Assembly: GCA_002633005.1 (NCBI GenBank) | Contig: NMRA01000048.1 | Coordinates: 874,416 to 938,415, forward strand | Direction of reading: 5' to 3' | DNA length: 64,000 bases | Origin: Phoronis australis | Taxonomy: Eukaryota > Animalia > Phoronida | In this document: piece by piece, positions 1 through 13,046 of the stretch | Position numbering within the stretch: position 1 is the first letter of the stretch | How the letters are laid out: each line of letters starts with the position of its first letter | Translations under genes and position numbers: made by a program | Notes under the pieces: generated by a model | What the model saw: only the letters and a program-made list of their open reading frames with translations | Databases searched by the model: none | Told to the model about the DNA's origin: nothing

Positions 1-1034
1 ATCAATTTTATCAACGCAAACGGCGTGAAAGCACGCTAGTTCCAAACATGCAGAACCATTAGTTTGGACACAACACATCGTTTTCAAGCATACTGGCAAA
101 TTCGTGCAAGTAGTGACGGAAACCTGACTGACATTCAATTTTAGACAATTGCGACTACCGCTACGTGGTCTAATAAATGACGGATTTAACTTTTTGTTTG
201 TTTCAATATATGCCAAGTTTGATAAAGGGTTTTTATGAAATTTGGAAGACACGATTTTATTTAAGAGAGAACCGTACTTGCCAATTTTGGATAGTTCCGA
301 CTTGCGTTGTGCCCTTAAACAGTAATTTCATTAGTTTTGTATCCACTTTTGTTATCTGCCAGGATTGTATTTGCCAAACCCCCTGAAAAATCGCCACGGC
401 AAAATAGTATATGCTGTGGTTACCACAATACGCATCGATTATAGGATGGGATGACTGCTGGAGTGTCCCCTAGTGGTAATTTTTATTTTCTTCGTGATAA
501 TCTCGATATCTACCAGTGTTGCATTTGCCAACGTTCAGATGGCTGGTACTGCTCCCCCTTAGACTCAATTCCAATTTCACTTATGTACACTCTAGTGAGT
601 GGAAATGTTTGGACAATGATCGCTTCTTATATCTGTTCCATTTGCGAGCACACGCTGGCAAGTTGAAAGTGCTTATTTTAGTCTTACGAATACCTTTCAC
701 AACCAATTAACAGCGCGAGCAATTTATTCGTCTTCTTTTGTTACCAGAATTAAGAAACAACACTCTGTTTATGGTTAAATTTACTGTTTATCTCCAGTTC
801 ATGATTGTTCACCTATTCTGCATCTTCTAATATGTTACAGAGGTTTTATTGACCCGGCCCTTCAGGCTGGCTGCGTGCTATGCACATGTAATACAGTTAT
901 GCCTGAAGTTAATTGTAAACAATAAACCAAAACTTACTGTGAATTTACTTGTTGTATTTAATTTTTGTTTCTTCGGTTACCTGTTGATTATAAAATAACG
1001 AAAGTGACGTAGTACAGGTTACCTTCTTCTACAG

Positions 1035-4000
1035 GGTACTTGAACACCAAACTAATCCACGTGTCGGACTGGTTTCCAACATTCGTCCGTCTAGCAGGTG
1101 GATCAGTGGAGGACACTCCTGGATTGGATGGCGTCGATCAGTGGGATACCATAAGGTAATGATAGTAATTAACCATGGAATAATTGAAACTATAATGAAA
1201 GTGACAGTAGCATCACTATGTCGTTTGCTCGTTAACTGCCGCAGCAATCTACTTTATACACAAAACATGAATGAAGAATCTCGCATCTATTGGTATTGAC
1301 AAGCAGAAAGTATCCTTACACCTATTTACACTGATGTACTCAATCTTCACTCACTAGGTTTAGGCTAACCCATTTGATTTTTGTGTTATACCGAGTGTTG
1401 TCAACTACAGCACTGAGCATTTGTGCACCGATTCACTAATTATTCCGAGAAATTAAACGTAGAATCAGAAACTCGTAACATTTCATACAAAACTACCTTT
1501 TAGTGTCTAATAACACTGTTCTTAGAACATAATTTAAATGACCATTTTGCTTGGCCCTGGTGATCCATCTATAGATTGCCGGTCGTGTGTATACTCTCTC
1601 AGCTAATTAAATTGTACTGCTACTAGGAGAATTTTTACTCTCCAGTTTACTTTAGAACATCAAGTACAGCAATGTCGTTGACACACAGCCTTTTTAAAGT
1701 TGGTCAAATTGGAACACTTTTCTCCCGTCAACAACGCTTGTTATTGAAAATTTGACGAAGGAAATTTTTTCGTTGACTTATTGCAAATATATTTAGTCAA
1801 AATTTCCCAACGTGATAATAATTCAAAAACAACAAAATTATTGAATTTTTAGTTTAATTTCTAGTTACTGATAATTCACCCCAAAATGTCCTCCAAATAA
1901 GTTTGAACTGATTTGCCAACGACATCGAACGTTTTACACAAATTTAAAGTGATAGTATGAAACGTAGAATCTAGTCTGATACATTGTCACCACTGAAGTT
2001 AAAAATGTTCTGTTCTAGCACTGATGTGCCAACTCGTAGGAAAGAAATACTTCATAACATAGATCCTTTGTATCCAAAGAGAGGAGAACCTTTGTATTCT
2101 GAAACGTTCGACTCTTCAACCCGAGCAGCGATACGCGTGGGAGACTGGAAGCTGATCACGGGAGACCCAAGTATGTGATGCAGGTTATTTAGTGCCCGTA
2201 AAATGTAGCTGGGCTACCAGGCCTAAGATAAGTCCGAAGACGTCACTTCCACCGACACCCCATCATACCCGTCAGACAAATAATGTTTTTCGGCCCTTTT
2301 TGTGTTGCAATACTCTCTTCGTCCTAGAAGCTCTGTCACTTGTTAGCCCTTTTTCTACTTTTTCGTTTTTCATGGTTTATTCTTGCATGTGCCACTGCTG
2401 CTGTCCGATCTCTGTACGGCGCATCTTTCGACTTCTGCTGTAGGCTCCAAAAGTCCGTTGTGTATCTTCATTAACGTTGGCAGACGTGTTCCTATGGAAA
2501 TAACGACGGATTTTTTGGTAGATATCTGTATTTTGGCGTCCACCTCTCTATCTACCAAACCGCTTGAATTATCATTTATTTTGAAATTTTCGGATGTGTT
2601 CCTGCCGAGATCAGGACTGATGTTGATACTGTGGCGCCCCCTAATGGTAATTTGTACTTTGCGTCGATTTCTTGCAGAGTTTTTGTGAAATTTGGCGAGT
2701 GTTTTCCTTTGAACGTGGCATCACTAGATGACGAAGACTTGCAAACAGATCTGACAATCGGTATGCCGCTTAGTGGCAGTTTTAATTTTTTACGTTTGCC
2801 TTTACATCTTCCCGCCTTGGCAGATTTTTCATTAAATGGGATTCTATTACGGAGACAACACCCATCTATTTCCGGACAAACTAGACGTTTCTCTCTGCCA
2901 ACTAATGGTCACTTGCATTATTTTCGAGTCTCTTTTCGGCGTCAGCCTCTCTATCCGCCTAACTGCTGAAATTTAGAATTATTAACGAGATTGGTAGATA
3001 TGTTCCTACTGGCAAGAGCACTGCTGACTTTGATTTTTGAACGAATCAGTTTCTGTATCTGCTAAAACTCGTGAAATTGGGCCAGCATATCTCTATGAAC
3101 ATTGCAATAGATGAAGACTTTTGGGGCGGTTCCGTTTACTGCTGTGCCCCCTAGTGTCCATTTTGTTTTTTTCCGTTTCCTTCTGTATCTTGGGATTTCC
3201 TGGACGGATCATGAAATTTGGCAAATACGTTTTAATTAGGAGAACGATGACGCCTTCGGGTTCGATGTATGCTGCACCACCAAGTGGCCATTTTTATGAA
3301 ACTAATAAATAGCCCTACAAACACACCACTTGTGATGCAGACATGGGTGCATTTCAACGTTTGGCGTTACTCTTCCGTATTCATTGTTTTGTTGTCCATA
3401 CCAATAGCGCATAAAGTAATAATGCAACAAAAACTGAGGATTTAAAAAAGGGATTAGAATATCAATATAGTCTCCCACAGCAAGAAGCATGTATTTTTTC
3501 TCTTCCACGGACATGCCTAGGAGAGTGACCTCCTGGTATATTTCCGTACTGATACCGTCACTGAGTACCTTAGTGTGTTGTATCTGCACAGTAAAAGTAG
3601 ATTCCCATCTTAAGAAGTCGTACGATTCATAAAAATGAAGATTAGTACCATTTTGAGGCACCAATTAAGCACATTACATTGAAGAGATATTATATATGTG
3701 CAGAGCTTTTGATTGGGGGTTAAGGGTAAAAAAATATCATATATTATCATTGTTATGAATTTTCATAGGCATAATTTTACACATCATAATTTGCTATTTG
3801 TACAGGAAATGGTAGCTGGATTCCCCCTCCTGGCCTGAAGGTTACGCCACCTACCAGGGATGATTTAAACCGATCCAAGAATGTTTGGTTATTCAACATT
3901 ATTGACGATCCATATGAATATGAAGATGTGTCAGAAAAAAACATGGATGTAGTTAAGAGACTTCTTGACAGACTTGCAGCTTTAAACGAGACAGCTGTGC

Positions 4001-4233
4001 CGGTCCGCTATCCGAAAGGAGACCCAGATTGTAATGGGTCACAACATGGAGATTTTTGGGGCCCGTGGGTAAACTCTGAAGCAGACTCCACTTTAAGAGT
4101 TGATAAGAAAATCGGTGCTAATGAAGGGAGTGAGACATTGCTGAAATTTAAACAGCATAAATCTAACATTAGAAGTAGGCCTATTTATACTAACTCTGAA
4201 CAACTGTTAACACAGGCGGATGGGAAATTGTAG
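1035..4233 (+). CDS. ARSB: Arylsulfatase B/I/J-like, last three coding exons (5' part lies upstream of the window)
   Basis: Exons 1035-1155 (YLNTKLIHVSDWFPTFVRLAGG..GLDGVDQWDTI), 2019-2170 (RKEILHNIDP..AAIRVGDWKLITGDP) and 3806-4233 (NGSWIPPP..VWLFNIIDDPYEYEDVS..PVRYP..GDFWGPW..stop). All junctions are GT-AG with compatible phases (2,1). Motifs match the ARSB/ARSI/ARSJ C-terminus; the exact paralog is uncertain. AATAAA at 4656 and 4804. Confidence 0.9.
2440..3376 (+). mobile_element. Helentron-associated (HINE-like) non-autonomous element, degenerate copy in arylsulfatase intron
   Basis: Shares internal ~150-bp units (e.g. gtggcgccccctaatgg, gtgccccctagtg, gcaccaccaagtggcc) and the 3' end TGGGTGCATTTCAACG..CGTTACTCTT with the element at 23466-24770, in opposite orientation. 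The 5' boundary is approximate. Confidence 0.6.
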
Positions 4234-5639
4234 CTTAGTTGATTGTGTGTATTCAAGAATTTCACTGTGTTTGTTTTAAGATGCCACGTAAGGATCTAGG
4301 CCTAAATTATTAGCGGTCAATAGTCTGGTCTTTAGCTATAAGACGGTCGCAGGCACATTAAAAGGCGTTTTTTAAGAGGAAACATTGCAAAAGGTGGACA
4401 TGACTTCCTAGGTTTCAAATTTAGAGCATTAATGAACTGTTGGCAAATTAAATACCAAGATAAGACCGTCTTAGCTACGAACGGACTTGTGACTTTTGGT
4501 TAAATGGATCGAGTTGAAGTATGGAACTAGTCTCAGTGTATGATCTCAGAAGTATTACATTCTTAGAAGTGTCATAAAATAGACCCTTAAACATGGCTTC
4601 TTACTAGTTACATGTGTCATAGCAACTCTTAATTGGGATTGAAGTTTAGAAGACAAATAAATGCAATAAGTCAAAATGGGAAAGGTAAAATGAAAATACT
4701 ATATCCTTATTCGATAAAATGCAGTTTTGTTATCCGGTATCAAATACAAATACAACGTTCTCGACTCGCTTATAAACAACAAGGACGAAAATGTTTATAG
4801 TTCAATAAAGTGTCAATTTTCTTCACTTTTGGTCTTTGAATTAACAGCTTAGACCAGTCTACAACCTTGGCTATGCATTACCGCCATCTGCACAGCTTGC
4901 GCAATTGTCACCCAGGTATTACTGCACCTGTCACTTGTCTCACTAACCATGTTTGCAGATCGAACTTTATGAGCCGTGTTAATCTCAGCCATTGGAGGCA
5001 TATCTTGTATAAAACTTGAAAGTTGGTTATTGAAAGTTTGTGTTTAGTTTTCCGAGTTATTTCCTTTTTCTAGAGCTAATTGTTTCTCAGCTGTTAGGTT
5101 GATACACAAACGTTTCATTATTGTATCTCATTCTTGTATTTCTAATACGGAAAGTTGTACCTTTTTGCATAGATCCGCTTTGGAATAAAGCATACTCTAT
5201 TCTGTTCTTTTCTATTCTAATTCATGAAAATTATGTTAATTGTTGAATGAATCATTAATTTAAAAGTTACGTTGCAAAGAGCATTCTAGCTGGCAGGGTA
5301 CAGTTAAGCATATATTTTATTCTGACAAGAAAACAAAACCTCCGCGAGGAACTTTTTTGTTGATTGTGTCCAAGTTTACGCTGCTGGTCATTGATAAAGT
5401 TGAGAATTGACAACTAAACACGGTGGAAACGCAAATAGCTATACCAGGGAAATTGGCATCGACACCGAAGCTCTGCAACTTACCGTCAACTACTGCGGCC
5501 TTTGAAGAGAGCGCAGAGCACACTAAAAGTGTGATGCCCTGGAAATTTATCTTGTCTTAATCCATCAGAATGTGAATGGAAGACTGTGGAAACCAACAAA
5601 TATCTCAATCTACAGAACATGAAGGACGGAATGTTTATG

Positions 5640-6065
5640 TAAGACCCTAGAAAATGTCCAAATTTTGCTAATTTCGGAATATCATATCTCAGAAATGGCC
5701 GGTCGGATTCAGATGGAACTTTTAGATATTAAGCTTTATGCATTGTTCTTCAAGGACTTCTTGGTATTGTTTTTAAAAAGCTCTACATTTCCTTGAGGAC
5801 TATCAAAAATGTGATTTTTATAATTTTCCCATTTGGAAACTGCATGTAATTATAAAATTGTAACAGCGTTTTTTTAAATCTGGCATTATGAGCATTTATA
5901 TCAAATAAAAGTTGATCATGTCATTGATACCGTTTTGCTAGCAACGCACCTTTCTTTTTGTCCTAAACTTTAGAAAAACGCATGTTTACGTGACGCAATT
6001 GATGACAGATTGTCGAAAAGTCAAAAATCAAATTCTAGCCAAATCTAGCTTTAAAACTGTTCCTT
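5640..6065. repeat. Dispersed repeat (DNA-transposon-like fragment), copy 1
   Basis: gaccctagaaaatgtccaaatttt...catatctcagaaa...cggattca...aacttttagatatta aligns by eye with 31783-32190. Confidence 0.6.
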
Positions 6066-6231
6066 TTGACGGTACTACATTTAACGTAGGCTATCAGGCT
6101 CTTCGTATTTCGCGTGCTCTGACGAGAGTTGTAGACTATGCTCAAATGAAATTTCTTGGCATTATTGTCGAGCAGACGATGACTGTGTACGCATTATGCG
6201 CTTTCTTAATAAGAAGGTAAAAATGTTGTAA

Positions 6232-6346
6232 TTCGCGCGAAATGTTCGGTCAATGAGTGGGCGTGTGGTGTCAGTGGTGGGTGTGCGTTTGTCTCTCTCG
6301 GACGTTTAGTCTGCCGGCAGTGTTTTGTAGAGTTAACCAGCCCCAG
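6232..6346 (+). promoter_or_regulatory. Probable promoter and first non-coding exon of the zinc-finger/LRR gene
   Basis: TTCGCGCGAAA (E2F-type TTTCGCGC on the minus strand) at 6232-6242, GC-box-like GGGCGTGTGG near 6259, Inr-like TCAGT at 6271, strong donor CCCCAG|GTAATG at 6346/6347. Confidence 0.4.
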
Positions 6347-7478
6347 GTAATGTTCCTGTTATAATATTGAAAGATTTCTGTAGTGGGTTTTATGGGTTTT
6401 TACCTAAATCATGGTTTTGGCTTTCTACATGCGCACTGCTTTGGCACCAATTGAATCTGACGGCTCTGTTGTTACGATCTCGGTGGCCTACCAGCTTAGA
6501 TGATGTTCTTGTTAGGGGTCACTAAAGCACAGTTAATTAGTGATTAACAGTGTCTAAAACTGATTTGAATTTAGACATTTTGTCATACGTGTTTGTAAGG
6601 AATGACACTGTACTTACGTGGCAGTATTCAGCGGTTTGTGAAACGTTTATTTTACATGTAGGCCTAAATAGCAATGCAATTCTCGGGCCCTGCTGTTGTC
6701 TCACATGGGGGCATTGTGCCGTCTAAATCATCTTTTGACCAAAAATATAGGTCCTCCCCTATTGAAAACTAGCTGGATTCTGTGACGGATTAAGGTCAGT
6801 CAGATAAGCACGCTATTGTGGGATTAGGTACAACAGCCCTCTCAGCCTATTATTATTATTATTATGGCCTTACATGCCTCCAGTGAAGACTTGGATTGCT
6901 CCAAGGAGGAGCAACAGCCTCTTCTTTATGCTACTGAATTTAACCGCATCGGATTTTTGTCATTTTCAAAGGAAAAAAGGCTCAACCGTGAGACGGGTTC
7001 AGTTTGTGAAGACCACAGTTTTCAAACGGTCTTCACTGCGTGGAGTTTTTTTGTTTAACCATAAGCAGTGCATTCACTAGAGTCCATCTCTGTGCCTTAA
7101 TCCCCAAACGAAAGAAGCCAGCCCAAAAAAGTCCGTCAGCCATGGAAACAGATGGAAGCATTAAATGTTGACCGTCGGAAAATGACTAACGCTACATGCA
7201 TTTTTGGACTAATACCTCTGCTCCTGTGCATTTTTCAAAGAACACTAGAATCGGATTTTGTTCAAGAGTACTACAGGTAAATAATTTTCATATATGACTA
7301 AAAGTATGGAGGGTTGAATCTTGGAGATTGGGAATATGGTTAACATGGACACATTTGAAGTGTGTATGGCAGTTGCAAGCTTCCATATTCAAGATTAGAT
7401 TGAATACTTCCAGAACAACCAGTCTATATATTAGTTTATATACTACCACAGGTATCTCCAGTGGATGTCGGTTGCAAA

Positions 7479-10400
7479 ATGAATAAATATGACAAGACTC
7501 AGACGAAAGTGGGAAAACCGACCTCTCAAGCTAAAAGTACGAATAAATCTGACAAGGCACGTGATTTGAAAAATGTCCCTACAAATCTGCACAAAGCTCC
7601 CCAGGACGGCAAAAAAGTAGATGGCCAAGCCTGCCTGGGAAAAGATGGTCAATGCAGTCACAAATCCCGTAAAGATTGTTGTAATAAAATGTGCAAAACG
7701 TGCTGCTTGACTTCTGCCAACGAATGCACACCGCATCAACGTGATATGATAACGCCAACACATGAAGCTACCACACCACAGACCACTAAAGTAAAGCAAC
7801 TTGCTGAGAAGAAAAAATTCAATCACAGCAAACCACTAAAATCTGTTGAGAATACCAAACATTTGGATCCAGCAAACCACGCAATGTCTGAAAAAGCACA
7901 GTCGCTTGCTGGAGATGACATTTTAGTTTGTTGCGGGCAATCAGGCAGCTGTAAGCATAAAGCAATGAAGGTCTGTCTGCACAAAATGTGCAAGGGATGT
8001 TGCAAGGCTGCTCTGGTGGCGTGCCGACCCCATGGACATAATCCAGTGGATGGTGCTACACCTGGAAATGTTTCGACTAAGGCAAAGGCAAGACAACCTC
8101 CAGCTGGCATCTCGACTGCGCGTGCGTCAACAAAACAGATGTCAAGACAAAGAGAAGTTCACGAAAAAGTTATTGTTCCTCAGAAAGGTGGAACATTAAC
8201 CGTTACTGATAATCCAGTATACAAAAGCAAACATGGTGGTAGTGGAGATGAGCCTAATGTTTGCGTTGGCAAGAGCGGGGCATGTAACCACAAATCTCTA
8301 AGGAACTGTTACAACAAGATGTGCAAAGGTTGTTGCAAGATGGCGCCTCTTCACTGTCTGCCTCACGGTCAACAGAATCAACACTCAAGAGCTGTAGAAT
8401 TGACGGAAGAAATGCTCTTGTGCTCTGGCAAGTACGGTTCTTGCGGTCACCGAGCCAGGAAAGATTGCCACCAAAAGATGTGCAAAAGCTGCTGTCGAAG
8501 CACAGGTAGCCTTTGCACGCCTCATGGCCAGTATGAAACACTGGGTGCAAATGTAAATGGTGTGATTTCCACTGCGGCTAAGACTAAAGTGGATCAACAC
8601 CAAAGCAGAGGTCAGAGTGTTGGCGATAAAAAACCAAGGGGACCCAAGAAATGCCCAGGCATGGAAGGTAGATGTACAGCTAATTCGAAGAAAGAATGCG
8701 CCAACAGGATGTGTCGAAGGTGCTGTGAGGATGGCCCTAACACCTGCATTGCTCATGATAACAACACTGACACGCAGTCCCACACCTGGGACATCGACGA
8801 TTATCACCTGAGGCAGATAATGCCAGCTTTGCACCTCAGCACAATCCAAGATTGGTCCAAGGTGTTGGAGTCTGACGTGAGCTTTCGTCGTATCTCTTTT
8901 GGACCTGATTTCGGTATTCGTGACGACCATATTATGATGTTGGCTGAAAAGTATCCTGACCTTGAGGTATTAGATGCTGGCTCTTCTGACACAGGTGTGT
9001 TTTGATTATATTTAAAAATGGTAAAAGGAATTATTAAGGAGCGATATTGTATGACAAGCGTGATATTTACAGAGTTCACTTTATTACACAATAGTTACAA
9101 TAGCAACATAACTCGAAATACCAAAATGTCACTGATTTTATTTTTTACTAACAATGCTGCATATCGGAGCACTTTTCTTACTGTTGGTCATGATAGTGCA
9201 CTATTTTATTGTATCCAAATAAATTTGTGATTGACCATTTTATCACCAACAAATGTTTTATTACATAGTGAGGAGGATTGGTGACATCACAATTTGACAA
9301 AGTGAATGGAGGGCGATGTATTCTGTACTTGTATGACTGAGCTCAACAGTGTGTTGGCAGCCTAGTATTTGAAAAAATAAGGCCAGTCATACAGTGCCTT
9401 TTGTGTCTTTGAGATATTGCGGCTTTACTTGTGCAAACTATTTATCAGTCTGTTTTTTCAACAAAGTGACTTTTGGAAAGTTCAGAAATTGTCTATGCAT
9501 AATCATGCTATGTTACCTAGGTGATGGGACGTGGGTGACCGATCCAGCGTTGAAGAAACTAGTCGACTCGTGTTCAAAGTTAAAGAAACTCAAATTGCAG
9601 TCGTTTATACGTGTCACTGATGAGAGCACTGTTTACACAATCAACAACTTGAAGAACCTAGAAGTTTTTGAGGTACCTGACTCCATTGTGCCCATGTTTT
9701 TGCTGCACTTGGGTAGTACGTTTTCTGGAACGCACAGGTCCTTTTGACACACAGCACTTTTCATGACTTATGATCTGTATTTCGATTCTCTCGTGCTTTG
9801 GAAACAGTGTTCCGACATTCCAAAGGGCAATGATACAACAAGTTGACTAAGAGAAGAGACGTAGGTAGTATCACGCACGATAGTTTGAAACACTCCAGTT
9901 TCATTCTCAAGTAAATATAATGAAAAGTGTCGAGTGTTCAACAGATTTTGCAGAGCAGGTTTTGTGCAACTTCCTATGCAGTGCAGAATGCCATATTGCT
10001 GTGCTGTGAGAACAGGTGGTTGTTGAATGAGTTGCCTCTATTTGCTCATGAATTTGATACTGTATGCTGCTTTAACCAACTAACATTTTGTCAGACGACC
10101 AACTAATATTTTTCCAAACGACCAACTAACATTTTGCCAGACGACCAACGCGTAAATATTTAAAGATGTTACAATCCCACCGTCTTCTAAATGAACTGTC
10201 AGTTTCTTCCAAGCTCAAGAACAACATCTGTTTGACTGAGGAATAATTTAAGAGCAGATTATGGACGGTAAAGGGCCTAAATCAAATGGTATTTTTGTGA
10301 CTAAAGGCGGGCTTTAAGTAATCTGGAAATCATCATTAAAATTGTCATTTTGCATGTGAATCAATCAATATAAATCTTTGACAATTAAGCAGTTACACAG

Positions 10401-10905
10401 ACGTAACACCAGAGTTTTTGGCGTAAAGTGCGGGATTACAAAAACTGTGGTTATAAAAGAGTGTTAGAAAGCCAGTCCTGCGTTGGCTTGAACAAATATC
10501 TGTTTCTTCTACGATTACACTCAGTTGACTTATGCAAAGGTAGGTCTGGGCGTGAAGTTGGCTGTTTTCCTTGCGACTTTATGGTTGCATCTTGTGTAAT
10601 ATTACACTTTTATCTCATTACACATTTTTGTAAATAATTGTTTTTTTTAGGTTTCTGGAAATGACAAGGTAAGCGGAAAAGTTACCGACAAGACATTAAA
10701 ACTACTAATGGACAAGAATCTAGTACCCCACCTGTTGTTGATCAGTGTAACTGATCAGTTGGCAATTAAGGAGGCCACAATCTGCAAACTACGGCGTGCG
10801 AGGCGAGGCCTGAAAGTCATCGCAGGAGGGTCAGACAGTAACACCACGGCGTACGCATTGGTACAAGGCATGATGGGACTACCATACGGAGCTGGTGAAT
10901 TTTAG
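7479..10905 (+). CDS. Uncharacterised ~640-aa protein: five tandem CX6CX7CX4CX2CCX6CX2H zinc-finger-like repeats plus C-terminal RNI-like/cysteine-containing LRR domain
   Basis: Exons 7479-8994 (acceptor probably at 7451/7452), 9521-9672 and 10651-10905 join in frame (phases 1,0) through GT-AG sites to a TAG stop. LRR segments include VTDPALKKLVDSCSKLKKLKL and VTDESTVYTINNLKNLEVFEV. An in-frame upstream exon ending at 7276 could extend the N-terminus. Confidence 0.85.
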
Positions 10906-13046
10906 TTCAAGGCTGGACTGTAATCGAATTGAATACATATATTTCTTACTCAGTGTTCTGTTTTCATAAATTTTGTTATTTTGTTTATTAACATTAGTTT
11001 AGGTTCGTTATTCTGTTGCGTTATTCCATCATCATTGAATCGAGATGTTTAAGTTTAAGTTAAAGGTTTGTTCAATGCTCTTTGCACAGAAATAGTGTAA
11101 TTAAAGACAATCTCCAACAAGATGTTCTAAACTTCTATTACTACATTTTCAGAAATTCTCTGTCAGTTAAGCATATTTGACGTAGTTCATGCAAAGTATA
11201 CTCTGTGATAAAAATTTTTACTGACATCACTTATAACTTTTTGTGCCAGATAATCGTCCTCACTTTTGGAAATGTTTTATTTTAGTTGGTTATCGTTAAT
11301 TGTGCTATTCATTCACAATATGTTAATTCAAAATTTGTGTTTAATAAATATCACTCATCAAAGAACATGAAATCACATTCAACAAAATTTGTGAGGGAAT
11401 GTGCAACAGTTTTCAATCGTGAAGAGAATTTGAAAAAATTTAAAAATTCACCTGATCTCAATACAGAGCTAGTCAAAAAATGTTGGTCCCTGCGTTTTTT
11501 GAAGAAAAGCTGTAATTGCCCATTTCCAGAACAACTGATTACAAGTCGAAAGTAACAAGCTGTAATTTGGAATGTTTATATTGTTAATAAAACAGAGAAG
11601 TACAAAACTATAAAAAACATTAATAATTAAAAAGAAACAGCTTATCTATAAAAAGGCGTAACTAGTAACAATCTACATAGTGCACACACTTAAAAGACAG
11701 AGTATACTGACCTGTGAACGCCAAATTTTTAGTAGCGATGATTAGAACCATCAATATTGCTCGGGTATTCTGTGGGATCGCATTACACTCCTACAGCTCA
11801 AAAGCTCCCTCAGGTATACGAATGGAAATGTTTTTAATATGCAGCAGTATCCACTTTCACAACAAAATACATGAAATCTCAGAAGAATTTCCTCAGAGTT
11901 ATTCACATTTTACAATCACCGGATAAAACTTGAATACTAACTTTCTATTGAAGTGACTCAATCTTCGTCCGTATGTTATTATATCTGTACAAAATGTTTT
12001 ATAAGAGATTGGAAAATGTTTCCTGACTCCACATTGACAAAAATCTTGCACCGGGATTATAATTGTGTTCAGCACGTCATCAGTAATAGGTCAATCCCAT
12101 CATTCCACACTTGTGCGGAATAGCGCGAGGACTCTTGACACTTATGTGCATTGTTGGTGCTTAATGGTGACCTCTATGTGACCTATCTTGAGTACTGCTT
12201 TCTACTACAAGAACAAATAAGGATGACCCTTTTCACCATGAAATGCCTCAAAAAGTTGACTAAACTGTGGAATGTTCTCGTCATCTTCATCTCTGTGGTT
12301 CCCAAACGCATCTCTCGTCAACCGGATGTGGTAAAGCATCACAGTAAAAGGGGAATGGTATTTGTCTCAGCGCTGGACATTCGTTCAAAACGTCTGTAAA
12401 GAAAGGCACGTTGGTGGTACTGTACAATGTATAAACATAGGACACACCTTGGGTTTTATGGAACACCAACGTGTCCTTCTGGTAGCGCGCGCATTGCATT
12501 CGTGAGTGCAATCGTCGCTGGACAGTACACAAGTAATTTCGGAAATCACCGATAGAAAATGCTAGAGTAGAGTATAAAATTCGCAATGGGCAAGTCTCCA
12601 GATATACGTGTGCATTGTAACAGCCGACGACAGTAGCAAGCCTCTTGTATATTTTGTTATGAATGAGTGGAATATAAGAGTTTTATGGGTTGTTATGAAA
12701 TTCGCTCTTCCTACAGTCTGCACGTGTTCTATCGACCACTTCCGGATTCAAGAGTGCACGATTGCAGTCGTACTCGTACTAAACGAGTGTCAACGTACTC
12801 GTATGAATAAGTGTAATGTGCGCGTTCTCAGCAGAACACGTTGACGTAGCATAGCGTTGATAAGTACACGGATATTCCTGACCAGGTTTGAACCTGTGTT
12901 CCTTGGGGCGTACCTGGTGATAAAAATTGTGCTTTTTTCAAGAAGTTGTGCCCAGCAGACTTGGTGCAATTCAAATGTCAACATACATTGTATGAAACAG
13001 AAAACCCAAGGGCAATCGACATAAGAACAGAGTCATGTTTTCCCGA

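Noticed and set aside
7443-8930. Antisense ORFs over the zinc-finger exon, and similar ones over actin and the stalk exon
   Set aside because: Shadow frames of real coding sequence with no independent support.
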